From the human T2T-CHM13v2.0 reference genome, Homo sapiens: DNA of 64,000 nt. The notes beneath the pieces were generated by a model that searched no databases, was not told where the DNA came from, and saw only the letters and a list, made by a program, of their open reading frames with translations. Made by a program: the position numbers and the translations under genes. Below, piece after piece: positions 1 through 14,395 of the stretch. The stretch is taken from NCBI RefSeq assembly GCF_009914755.1, contig NC_060944.1; one strand, 5' to 3'. The stretch's first letter is position 1, and each line of letters starts with the position of its first letter.

Positions 1-147
<147 letters not shown>

Positions 148-1152
148 TTATAAAATAGTAAATGAAACCATATTCCTGAAGCTAAATTTAATACTTACAA
201 AAAGTTGCAAAAAAGTTATATCTGTTACATCTTTAAATGCATATAAGCCATTTAAATGGTATCAATCTAACAGCTAATTTTCAATGAAATGTTTAGTCTC
301 AAAGAAGGCATACCGATTGATATGTTCAACACAAGTATTCTTGTTTCCTAAAATTCTATTTTTATGAATTCATGGAGACACAAAATATCCTAGAGAAGAA
401 TCCTTACCCTGAAATTGCAATTTATCTATAATTTATATTCCTTGAATACCTGGGTTTCCCTTCTGCATATAACCAAATGGAATCCTTTCTTGGCAAGAAT
501 GGATTGCTGCCTCTACTGTGAACTGTAGTTACCTGGCTCTAACTGGCAGACAGATAATTTAACGTAAATTAGCAGATTATGCCTGTGCTCTGGTCCTAGA
601 ATATTATTTAAGAGATAGCAGATAAGAGTGGTAAATGATCAACCGGGTGTTTGCTGAAACTTCCTGGAGGGTTAAGTAATTTATTATTAATTTTTGAGAC
701 TAGCTATAGATGGGAAAAATGAGTCATTCTGATTAAAATGACGGTGCGGGGCAATCAGCCAGCTTTAGACACTGCTCCTATATCAAGTACATGCCAGGCC
801 AGGAGCAGGGGCTCACGCCTGTAATCCCAACACTTTGGGAGGCAGAGGTGGAAGGACTGCTTGAGCCCAGGAGTTTGAGACCAGCCTGGGCAACATAGTG
901 AGGCCCTGTCTCTACAAAAAAAATTTTAAATTAGCCAGGCGTGATGGTACTACGTAACTGTAGTCCCAGCTACTCAGGAGGTTAAGGTGGGAGGATCGCT
1001 TGATCCTGGGAGGTTCAAGGCTGCAGTGAGCCATGATTGCCACACTGCACTCCAGCCTGAGTGACAGAGTCTCACAAAACAAACAAAAAAAAACCCACAC
1101 GCCAAAACATGTTCTTCTGCAGTATATGGTAGAGTCCACATTTTCTTACAGG

Positions 1153-1308
1153 ACTGAAAACCTGACAGTCACTTTGCCTCTAGACTACAGTTTTAACATT
1201 TTTAGTTAGTATATAAATCTGTACATATAATGTAAGCTCAATTACGTTTTTGAAAAATTACACATACTCCCCTAAAAAAAGATCCAGAAGAAAAAGCACC
1301 AAAATGTT
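1153..1308 (+). repeat. Copy A of a ~130-150-bp dispersed duplication (runs into an old L1M-like 3' fragment)
   Basis: ACTGAAAACCTG...GCCTCTAGACTACA...TTTTTAGTTAGTATATAAA.CTGTACATATAATGTAAG...TGAAAAATTACACA recurs at 2276-2407. Confidence 0.9.
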
Positions 1309-2275
1309 AACAGTGTGTTATCTTTGGGTTATGAGGTTTTAGATTGTCTTTATTTTCCTTATGCTTCGCTGTATTTCCCAAATTTTATACACTGAATGTA
1401 TTATTTTTAAAATCCAAAATAAAGATACCGGGGAAAAAACAAAACCCTAGGCAGTGACTGACCTGTAATGATCACCAAATGACTGATTTTATCACACTGT
1501 GATTATGAAGCTACAATGAATGAATGCCCTTTGTCCTGATTTATCCTTGCTGCCACCCAAAGGTACATATAACCTGATTCTCCTGGCAACAACACACCTT
1601 GGCATCCCACTTACCCCATGTCTGTAAAGAGGCCTCAGACAGTAATTCAACCATTTAAAAACTATGTCCCCTACAATTATGCTTTCTCACTATCTTCAGA
1701 GTATTCTCACCTACTGTTTTTTTTTTAGTGTATTCACTGTAGTGTGCCTTATAAAAACAATAGGTATGTTGAGTGTGCTGTTTCTATTTATACATAAGCC
1801 TTTCACTCCCATCCAAAAGAAAACATCCCAGCCTGGGCAACAAAGTGAGAGCCTGTCTCTACAAAAGAAAAAAAAAAAAAGTAGCCAGGCATGGTGGCGC
1901 GTGCCTGTAGTCCCAACTACTCAGGAGGCTGAGGCAGGAGGATCACCTGAGCCCAGGAAGTCAAGGCTGCAGTGAGCTATGATCGCATCACTGCATTCCA
2001 GCCTGGGTGACAGAGCGAGACCCTGTCTCAAAAAACAAAACAAAACAAAAACAATAGAAAATATCTTGGTATCACCATATCATCATCCAATGCCAACTTT
2101 ATGAAAATTCCTGATGTAAACTGGTGAAAATCCTTGGAATAACAACTAGAATGGGACTCAGTTGTAGTGCTGGCATTGCCTAGGAGGCTGAGTATATCCT
2201 TTAAACCTTTCCATGATTCTGTTTTCCCACCTGTAAGATACAGGGGTAAGCCCAATAATTTTGAGTATCCTTTCC

Positions 2276-2407
2276 ACTGAAAACCTGTCACACTGCCTCT
2301 AGACTACATTTAACGTTTTTAGTTAGTATATAAAACTGTACATATAATGTAAGTTCAATTATGTTTTTGAAAAATTACACACACCAAAAAAAATTATCCA
2401 AAATGTT
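2276..2407 (+). repeat. Copy B of the ~130-150-bp dispersed duplication
   Basis: About 90% match to 1153-1308 with small indels. Confidence 0.9.
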
Positions 2408-2437
2408 GCGATTCTTCAGATCCTGTTGTATCTTACA

Positions 2438-2766
2438 CAGTCATGTGCCGCATAATGACGTTTCAGTCAACGACTAGCTGCATATCCAATGGTGATCCTC
2501 TAAGATTATAATACTGTATTTTTACTATACCTTTTCTGTTTAGATATATTTAGCTACACATTTACTTACCTACAGTATTCAGTACAGTACCATGCTGTAG
2601 AGATTTGTAGCCTACGAATAATAGGCTATACCATACAGCCAAGGGGTGTAATAGGCTATACCATCTAGGTTGGTGTAAGTACACTCCATGATGTTGCCAC
2701 AATGACAAAATAGCTTAACAACGCATTTCTCAGGATGTATCCCCATACTTATGCAACATATGACTG
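2438..2766 (+). mobile_element. Tigger3a-like non-autonomous DNA transposon
   Basis: Ends CAGTCATGTGCCGCATAATGACGTTTC... and ...TTATGCAACATATGACTG (terminal inverted repeats); ~330 bp. Confidence 0.8.
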
Positions 2767-3299
2767 TGTTTGTGAATTCATCCTGAAAACACATCTGAGA
2801 TTATAATCTCCCAATAGTCAGAATATCAATCATGGTAGCAATAACACTGACTGCATATGCTTGCCACCACAGGGACTTTGCTAAGTTCTTCACTATCAGG
2901 TAGAAACTAATATCAATTCCAATGAAGAAACTGAAGTTCGAACAGAATGGTCCAGTAACTGGCCCAAAGTCACCAAACCAGTAAGTTGCAGAGCGGGGAC
3001 AAGAGCTAAGAATCATTAGGCTCCACAGCTCATTGCAGTTTCTCTCTCCAAGGTGCAGGCTAATTCTCCTTGTCCTAAACAACACAACACAGTATCTCTA
3101 CCTTGCTGTTTCTAAAGGCCCTAAGGTAGATGACTAATAGGGAAGCTCTCTACATCTGATTTCTAGGAGTCTAGGAATTCTGAGTATAAACGTCTTCACT
3201 ATTCATGGTTACATATCATCAAGAAACAAGCTTACTTTCGCCACCACTTTTTAAGACATTTTCCAAAAGCCTGCTGGCAGCAGTGTGCGCTTATGCTCA

Positions 3300-3545
3300 G
3301 GTGACTAGCTAGGCCCCAGAAGTTTAGAGAACAGTGCAAATGAGGTTAAGGTGCCAGGTGGACTCCAGGGCAGGTATGCAGCTTTGCATAAAGAACAACT
3401 CTTTGCATAAGGGGTAGCCTCAGGGGAGGTTCCCCAATCCCAGAAAGTGACCTTACAAATGCCTACCCACAAACAGTTAATGAAGGGAACAAAGGCACAA
3501 CAAAATTAATCTCTGCACCTGGAAGATAACTCAAAGTGACAGGAT
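3300..3545 (+). mobile_element. MamSINE1-like ancient tRNA-Ile-derived SINE
   Basis: Degenerate tRNA-like head (...GTTTAGAGAACAGTGCAAATGAGGTTAAGGT...) and body motifs CTTACAAATGC and CTGGAAGATAACTCAAAG resembling the recalled consensus. Confidence 0.55.
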
Positions 3546-4024
3546 GGACACCTCACTTTCGATAATTAGCCACCTCATTAGATTTACAAAAAAATAACAG
3601 AAGTGAGATGACCTGATCAACTAAGCTAGCAGAAGTCTAAGCCACTCTTCCTTGAAAAGCAGACAGCTTATGTAAACGTACTTTTTATTAACACCCTAAT
3701 TTTCACATTTATTTCCAGAAAGAAGTTAGAAAAAGTATGTTCCTCATACTTCAAAGTGCCCTTTCTGTATAGAGAGGCGATGTGCCTAGATGGGAAAAGA
3801 ATGGGTTTACCTAGGCTTCACACCTACCTACCACCGATTTGCGCATCTATTTTTCTTTTCCCAACTATAACTTTTGAAAGTTATAGTTGGGAAAACTGTA
3901 ACTTCCTCTTCCTAAATCAAAGGCAAATCAAAGTCTGGGCACGGTGGCTCACACATGTAACCCCAGCACTCTGGGAGGGCGAGGTGGGAAGGTCACTTGA
4001 GCCCAGGAATTTGAGACCAGCCTA

Positions 4025-4261
<237 letters not shown>

Positions 4262-4384
4262 CTAACACAACTGATAACACCTGGGAACAATATGCGCATA
4301 ACCTGAACTCTGCCTTTGCATATGCACAATTTCATCCACGAGGAAAACCCAGAAAACTACACCCAGCTGGAAAGACAGACAGAT

Positions 4385-4407
4385 ACACACACACACACAC
4401 ACACACC
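4385..4407 (+). repeat. (CA)n microsatellite
   Basis: About 11 units. Confidence 0.9.
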
Positions 4408-4835
4408 CCTGAAGCATCTACCAGCTACTCAGTTCACCAAGTGGGTGCCACACACATCTGATGTTAGAACTCTCAATGCCATTTCAGAGAACCCTCCTTC
4501 TACCACTTCACAATAACTCAAGCTGCAACCCTGCTGATGCTCACTTCTATGAGCAAACCACAGATTTAGATTTTCAAAGTGCCATATTTACAGTATTCCT
4601 TAACTGCTTAACATGTGAACACCTGCACTGTTTTCATTAGGTTCTTTTTTTTTTTTTTTGGTGATGAGTAACTAATGCAGTTTTTGCACACCTAACTCCA
4701 ATTTTTCATAATCTCTATGGCTTTTATTGAACAATCTGGCATAGTGCAGTAATTTTTTTTTTTTTAGACAGACTTTTGCTCATGTTGCCCAGGCTGGAGT
4801 GGCACAACACACAACCCCCTACACAATCCCCAGCC

Positions 4836-4897
4836 CCTTTCAGAATGTCTTCCACGGAACTGGTCCCTGGTGCCAAAAAGGTTGGAGACCACTGCTT
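4836..4897 (+). mobile_element. MER1 (hAT-Charlie) 3' end fragment
   Basis: TGTCTTCCACGGAACTGGTCCCTGGTGCCAAAAAGGTTGGAGACCACTG matches the recalled MER1 terminus. Confidence 0.7.
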
Positions 4898-4933
4898 TAT
4901 ATGGATTAACTCATTAACCACAGGGTGAAGTGA

Positions 4934-5134
<201 letters not shown>

Positions 5135-7665
5135 TAGTAGAGATGGGGTTTCACCACATTGGCCAGGCTGGTCTTGAACTCCCGACCTCAGGTGTTTGGC
5201 CTCCCAAAGTGCTAGGATTACAGGTGTGAGCCACCGGGCCCGGCCAGTGTGGTCACTGTTAGAAATGCTTATGCCATGTTATAGCAGAACTATTTAATAT
5301 AATCACCTTTGTAGAAAAGAATAAACTGCATGACATTAATGATATTCCCATTCTGTACATACAGATACCTTTCTAAAGGGTGGGGGTGGGAAAAGAAAAC
5401 AACACATTGAGTTTCAATCTAATCATTTCCAACAACTCAGAAGCAAAGAAATATGCTGAGTTTTCATTATGTCTAATGCTTCCATGTGGGATCTTCCAAA
5501 GGGCTAAGAAAGCCTGGCTCAGCCTAGAGAATGCCACACAAATTAACTACAGATTTAACTCCTTTACCGATGCAAAAGGCACGCTGTGTCACACAGCTGT
5601 GTATGAAGAAACAATGGAAATAATCGCAGTAAATGTATATAGTTAATGTGACCAGGGTAGCCCAACTCTTTGGTCCTGCTCAATTGATTTGACCTATGTC
5701 ATAACAGACTCTCAATCATTCAAAGTTTACTCACTCTTGACAAACTAGAGAAAAAATAACAATCTAGAGAAAAATAATTACTAAGTCCAAACAGGTTTCT
5801 GAGAAGAGCTTTATTCTACTTTGTGGAATCCAATCAAAGAAAGAAAAAAACTAATTAGACATACTGTTGTAACATTTAATGAGATTTGAAATTCATCTAT
5901 TTAAATTTATTAATAGTAAAGGAATGAGATTAAATAGACTTGACATCGAAGGGGCTAGAATTTCCCATGAAGTTTTCCACATTATCGGTAAAGACAGCAG
6001 GTATGTTTTCTTTACAGCTTTCAAGAATCCCTTGCCAGAAATAATCTTATATTAAGACAGGATGTTTCGTTATAGTGGGGAAAACAGAACTGGCCAGGAA
6101 AAGATCTTATAGCAAAGAGATTGTAAAAGATTATTCTAGCACAAATACAGATTTAAATTGCTGCCATCCTTTTTCTCCCAGCCCAGCAATTCCTGAGGTG
6201 CAAAATTTTCAAATATCTGTGTATACAATGACAAGGACACAAGTGAAAACACTTGTGATGAAAGGGTTATGAATAAATTACTGCAATTTCCTTTTATCAA
6301 CCAAGTTGATTTAATGGTTTAAAAATATTGTTCAACAGAACAAAGGTGGTAACATTTGTTAGATCCTAATTAAACGTGATTCATTCTGGAATGTTTCTGA
6401 TGACACAGCTTACATAAATAATCTACTGGGAAGTCTACTCAAAATTCACAATGAAGAGTCGGTTTTTCACACATATAATACAACCTGAAACTATAGCTTC
6501 AATCTATGCAGATGGTTTTACTATTTTAATTATACAACTAATTAATACCAAAATTAGATCGATGTTGTTTAATTTGTGGCTACTGAGGAATGTTACTATT
6601 CACAAATCACAAAATCTGTGCCAAAATAAGTCTTCAAAGGGATATTGTTGCCTCCTTACCCTTCTAAGCTTTGCAGTGGGCTTTGGTCAAAGCTGACATA
6701 AACAGCTAAAGAAATTAACAACAGAGTCTCAGAAGACAAGGCCAGGGGAGCCAAAAGGACACAGGTGCTACACACCCAGGCAGTTGTTGTCTGCTCCCAG
6801 AGCACCTGACTTCAGCAGCCACAGCACCTGCTCCTCAAGCGCAGCGGCGCCTTTGAGGGAGCACAGCCTGGAAGGTTTACCCTTCGCAGAGACGCTTGCT
6901 CTTGGACTTCTGGCTGTACATTCTGAGGGTTCAAATGAAGGATGGGACAATGGGAAAGCTTAAATCCTCTGGAAACGTCACTGTGATCAATGGCTTCAAC
7001 CCTCCTCTACCTCATACCAGTTCACTGGAGCTGCTAACACTAAGTTTCCTTCTTTATCCGCCCATCTCTATTCCAGTGGAGCCCCGTGATTAAGGGATGG
7101 CAGAGGAAGGGGACATGTCCTTTTTTTTTTTTTTTTAACAGAAAAACACTCATTTAGATACCTGGTTTAGTAAGACATCTGAACAACATGAAACCCAACT
7201 ATGTAAAAGCTTTAAAAATCCAGGTTATGAATTAGCCTAAACCTGTGCTTATGTTCCATTCTGTTTAGAGGAAGGGGGATGGAATCCCTTTCACCTTTAT
7301 ATTTTTCATGACAAGTCCATGGTCACATCAAAAATTACTTTTGTCTTTAACACAGTTGAAATTATTAAATGTTATCTAGACCTAACCAAATCCTATTTCC
7401 TTAATGTTATATTCAGGACAGTGAAAAAAATACTGTTTTCTTTTAGCAAAGTCTGACTTTTAAGGCTCAGTTTTTACCTGATTAAATAAACTGCCCCTGC
7501 TTTTGAGGTTAGAAAAATTACTTTTGTTCATGGGGTCCATTATACTGTACTATTAAGTTTACTTTTATATGTTTGGAAATTTCCAGCCGGGCGCGGTGGC
7601 TCATGCCTATAATCCCAGCTACTCGAGAGGCAGAGGCAGGCAGATTACCTGAAGTCAGGAGTTCA

Positions 7666-7984
<319 letters not shown>

Positions 7985-8222
7985 CTAGTGCCAAATGAAA
8001 TTCAAATAAATCCCAATCTTCTAATTCACACAAATCTTAAGATTTCTAATACTTTAAACCAGAATGAAAAAGTCAGGTATGCCAAATTAACAATCGAAGA
8101 GAAAATTAATCCCACACCAAAGCCAAAACATTGAACTTCCTCCCACTCTCGCATTCACACACACACACAAGCATGAACCACACAATGAAGGATTCCAGTT
8201 GCCCCATCCAGACAACTGGACG

Positions 8223-8323
8223 CACATCACACACCTCCTAGTCATCCAGGGACCATCTTGGCAGCCTGTTTCTCATCACTACCTGCCACCCTGTGCCTGT
8301 GTTGTGGACGAGGAAGGCACGGG
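8223..8323 (+). repeat. Copy 1 of a 101-bp dispersed direct duplication
   Basis: Ungapped match to 11042-11142 with 5 mismatches. Confidence 0.95.
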
Positions 8324-9030
8324 TAGTAGCCTAGCTTTTTATTTTTTTAAATCTCAGCAATAGAGGCAAGGTTATTTCTACCTTCCATCCAAGAGTATGG
8401 AGCACAAGACTAGCTGTTTATTAATAACATGCTTATTTTCCACACCAACCACACGGTTTTCCAATTTCACAAAGTAAATACTTCCTCATCCCTCTTTAGA
8501 AAAGATGAAACAATTTATCGTAGCCTAAGCAAAAACCACCTATCAAAGCAAAGACTGGCAAGCAGATTCAAGACATAAAGGTATAGCTTTTACTATAAAT
8601 TTGAAACCAACAAGAAAGCCATTAACCTAAATATTTTTCTAATCAAAAATCAGAAATGACGTTAATAGCAACATATAAGAATTACTGTATCTACCACACT
8701 TAGAATGTACTGGGGTAGATGACAATGACAATCAGTACTGATTGCCTTATGTTTATCAACTTTTTCATCTACATTTCAGGTTTCAGTGCAAGACAAACCA
8801 TTAATACATTCATGACTAGCCATTTCAAAGCATTATTGTATACATACTGTACGACACAAAGTGCTTAATTGTAACTTAAAAGGTTAAAACCCATCTTGAA
8901 TCCTAAATGAGCAAAAAAAAAAAAAAAAAAAAACCCCACTAGTCATTTGCCCACAAACCAGGCCCCATATAACCATCAAGCATCTGACTGCATCGGACAT
9001 GATTAATCTGAAACTGTGCTATGAATCATA

Positions 9031-10471
9031 CAGTAGTCCTCCCTTATCTTCAAGGGATACGTTCTGAAATTCCCCAGTGGGTGCCTGAAACTGCAGGTAG
9101 TACCAGATCTAAATACATTGCTTTTTCCTATACACACATACCTATGGTAAAGTTTAAATTATAAATTAGGCACAGTAAAAGATGAATAACAATGTAAAAG
9201 GAAAATAAACTTGGGGACCCCAAACCCACTAAGTCAAAGAGAAAAGTCAAGATAGGAACGGCATCATGCAAACCTACCTCCCTCACAATCTGCCCAATAG
9301 GAAATTCCTTGTGGACCTCAACATCCTTACCCTACAACCACTCTGCTGAATTTCACCCTGACAACGTAAATTGACAGCTTATCTTCACAGGTATGGGACA
9401 AAGGACAGAACTTAAAGTCATTCCTCTGCTTACCTGAGACAAATGCATAATCTGATCACTTCCTCTGCCCTGTAAGTATATTTTGTCTTATGTAAAAATG
9501 CAGATTCACTGAGCTAGATGAATGCATAAGGGACTATTCCTCCGCTGCCCCCCACCCTTGCCCGCCACATGTGAATAGCTGATCAAAGACTCAAAAGAAT
9601 GTAACCATTTGCCTCCTATCTACCACGCCTTCCTAAAATTTCTCCCCCTTTAAATACTGAAGCCCTCAAAATCATCTTAGGAGAAAGGCACAGACCTTGG
9701 GCCTGGGTGCATGCCCTTAACCTTGGTAAAATAAACTTCTAAATAAATTGAGACCTGTCTCAGATACTTTTTGGTTTGCAACAAATATAAAATGGTTTTA
9801 CAATTTGGTTTACAACAACAACAACAACAATAAAATGGAACAATTATAACAATAATAAAAGTAATTAAGTAAAGTTAATTTTTCTGAGAGAGTCTCACTC
9901 TGTTGCCCAGGCTGGAGTGATCATGGCTCACTGCTGCCTCAAACTCCCAGGCTCATGCGATCCCAAGTAGCTGGGGCTACAGGCATGTGCCACCACACCT
10001 GGCTAATTTTTATTTGTATTTTTGTAGAAACAAGTTTTCCCCCAGGTTGCCTAGGCTGGTCTCAAACTCCTGGGCTTAAGCGATCCTCCAGCCTCGGCCT
10101 CCCAAAATGCTGGGATTACAGGCATGAGCCACCACACCTGGCCATAAGATTAAAATTCAAAAGTATTACAAATAATAAAATTAAAATAAGGGTCACTTGA
10201 ACACAAGCACTGTGACACCACGATGATGATGTGATAATCCAGACGACTACTAAATGTGTATACAGCGTGGGTATGCTGGACAAAGGAATGACTCACATCC
10301 CAGGCAAGACAAAGGGGGACAGAGCAGGATGGTGAAAGATTTCATCACGCCACTCAGAATGGTGCACAATTTAAAATTTGTGAAATGTTTATTTCTGGAA
10401 TTTTCCATTTAATATTTTCAGAACTCAGTGAAACCACAGAAAGTGAAACTCTGGATAAGGGGGTGACTACC
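9031..10471 (+). mobile_element. MER44B-like (Tigger) element interrupted by a MER4 LTR and an AluJ
   Basis: Terminal inverted repeats CAGTAGTCCTCCCTTATC... and ...GGATAAGGGGGTGACTAC; internal motif AAATTAGGCACAGTAA. Confidence 0.8.
9193..9780 (+). mobile_element. MER4-family ERV1 solo LTR
   Basis: TG...CA ends (TGTAAAAGGAAAATAAACTTGGGGACCCC...TTTGGTTTGCA), AATAAA near the 3' end, 4-bp TSD ACAA at 9189-9192 and 9781-9784. Confidence 0.85.
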
Positions 10472-11041
10472 TTATTCACTATCATTCCTGGCAATTAAAG
10501 AATGTTAACTCCAACTGAACACCAGATGAATTGGCCCTCAATTAAACACATCTGTCCAGAAATATAAAATCACCCAAAACTAAAAATTTACTAAAGTGAA
10601 GCATGCTCCTTAGAAGACTTAAAAAATAACAGTGATACACTGTCTGCTTTGTTCATCACTGTATCCTTCAAGTCTAGCACACTGTAGGGGTGTTACACAG
10701 AGATTAATGAATTTAGCTATAAGAAAATAGCAAAATCAGGCAAATGCAAAGATGAGTTTGTAATTTTTTCTCTTTTATCACAGGCACCAGAACATAAAAG
10801 TTTTCTAAGTACCCACCCCTGCCTTTAATCACCATTTTTATCACTCACATTTAGATAAATACATTTGCAGTTCAGCTGATATCAGAAAAAAAAATATGTA
10901 TCAAATTGTCAAATTTTACTAAGTCAGAGCTGTGGGAGTCCAGCAGCTTTTACACGTTAGATTTTTCTATTTCCTCATTCGTCAGCATTTGACATCATTT
11001 TCTGATGTTATAAAGGATAATAGAAAAAAAAACCCTGTGCA

Positions 11042-11142
11042 CACATCACGCCCCTCCTAGTCATCTAGGGACCATCTTGGCAGCCTGTTTCTCTTCACCA
11101 CCTGCCACCCTGTGCCTGTGTTGTGGACGAGGAAGGCACGGG
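11042..11142 (+). repeat. Copy 2 of a 101-bp dispersed direct duplication
   Basis: Ungapped match to 8223-8323 with 5 mismatches; flanks unrelated. Confidence 0.95.
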
Positions 11143-11934
11143 GAAACAGAATATTCTGGTGAATAAAGCATTACTAATTTTCAAAGAATTAGAAGGCAAA
11201 AACAAACAAAAAAAACACCCACAATACCAAACTGAAAGTCATGCCTCAGGGTCTTTATTGTAACTACTTAATACTAAACACCAAAACATAAATGATGCTG
11301 ATTAATGGAGATCTGGGGCTAAGAAAATACCAAACAGGCTAGGCGTGGTGGCTCATGCCTGTAATCCCAGCACTTTGGGAAGCCAAGACAGGTGGATCAG
11401 GTGTTCAAGACCAGCCTGACCAAAATGGTGAAACCCCATCTCTACCAAAAATAAAAAAATTAGCTGGGGGTGGTGGCATGCGCCTGTAACCCCAGCTACT
11501 CAGGAGGCGGAGACAGGAGAATCACTTGAACCTAGGAGGCAGAGGTTGCAGTGAGTTGAGATCATGCCATTGCACTACAGCCTGGGTGACAGTAAGATTC
11601 CACCTCAAAAAACAACAACAAAAAAAGGAAATACCAAACAAAATGTGCTTTTCCCTATCTTCGAAATCATCATGTCTTTTCATTCCTGTATGGCAAAAAA
11701 TAAATCCCGTGTCGCCTGCCGAATCCGAATCTAAATAAATGAATAAAGACAGAGAATAATAAAGAAAGAAAACAGCTTCAAACTTAAACACGTTAGAGCA
11801 AGAGAAACAAACAAACAAAAAAAACCATGACTCCTGCTTTCTCAAAAATCACATCAGTAGCTTATAAAGACCTTCATGGGCAGAAAAAGAATGGGCACAC
11901 TGTAGGGAGCAAAAGGTAAGTGATAATATTTACA

Positions 11935-12840
<906 letters not shown>

Positions 12841-13997
12841 AAGAAAAATGTACAAAGTAGATTTGGAAAAAATTAATTCAGTCACTTCAAAATCAGGATT
12901 AATTAATTCCTTTCCCCAAAGTAAATGCAGTCCAACGACCAAGAGGCTGGTCTGCCCAGACAATAGTTTCTTCTTTCATTTCATTAAATATTTAAGTACA
13001 TACAACGTGCTGGGCACCATCCTAGGCACAAGGAAATTACAATCCAGAAAACTTCCCTCTCATGACTATATAGATTATGAGGATATGGGTCAAATGAGCT
13101 TTTCTAAAAAAGTTAAAGCATTAAATGCTTTTATTTAAAACATACAGATTCAGCCGGGCATGGTGGCTCAAGCCTGTAATCCCAGCACTTTAGGAGCCCA
13201 AGGCAGGTGGATCACCTGAGGTCAGGAGTTCGAGACCAGCCTGGCTAACACGGCAAAGCCGCATTTCTACTAAAAAAAAAAATAATAATAAAAAAAAAAT
13301 AGCCAGGGGTCATGGTGCTCGCCTGTAATCCCAGCTACTCAGGAGGCTGAGGCAGCAGTATCACACGAACCCAGGAAGCAGGGGTTGCAGTGAGCCCTGA
13401 TCGCACCACTGCACTCCAGCCTGGGCAACTGAGTGAGACTCCATCTCAGGAAAAAAAAAAAAAATACAGATTCAAAATAACTATATCATGAATCCTAAAG
13501 TCAGTCTACTATCATTTTTGGTCTATCTGGTTTGACTTCCTTAGGTTGGCAATTCTGTCATTTTTCTGAACAGGAATAAAACATTTTTTTCCTTTTTCAA
13601 TTACATAAGCAAGACACAACACAGTATTTAGGAAAACACTATTTTATGACCTTCACCAGCCAAGTCTACCAATCAGCAAATACACACATCCTGATCAGGA
13701 ATACAATTTAGGCTTGGTTCCTGAAAGTAGAACTTAAAATGGGATAATGAGCAGCTCTGTGAGGAAAAAATAACCCTGTCTCTCCATCTTCCCAAGCTTA
13801 TGATTGTTCAACACAGTAGAATTAAGAAGAAGGTTTAAATGTCAATTATCCATACTTTTAGGACTACTTGGGAGGGGGTGGAAAAAGTTACCTCTTTACT
13901 GATATTTAAATATCCTACAACTTTTTAATAAAAATAATATACAGTTGTGCTCACTAGCATACCCTGGATCCACTGACATGTAAAAACACAACATTGC

Positions 13998-14395
<398 letters not shown>

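Noticed and set aside
3300-3380. tRNA gene
   Set aside because: Too degenerate to fold as a cloverleaf; better explained as a SINE head.
8223-8323. snoRNA or miRNA call for the duplicated element
   Set aside because: A UGAUGA box-C-like motif occurs only in copy 1 with no matching terminal box D; no clear H/ACA boxes; the stem is too short for a pre-miRNA.
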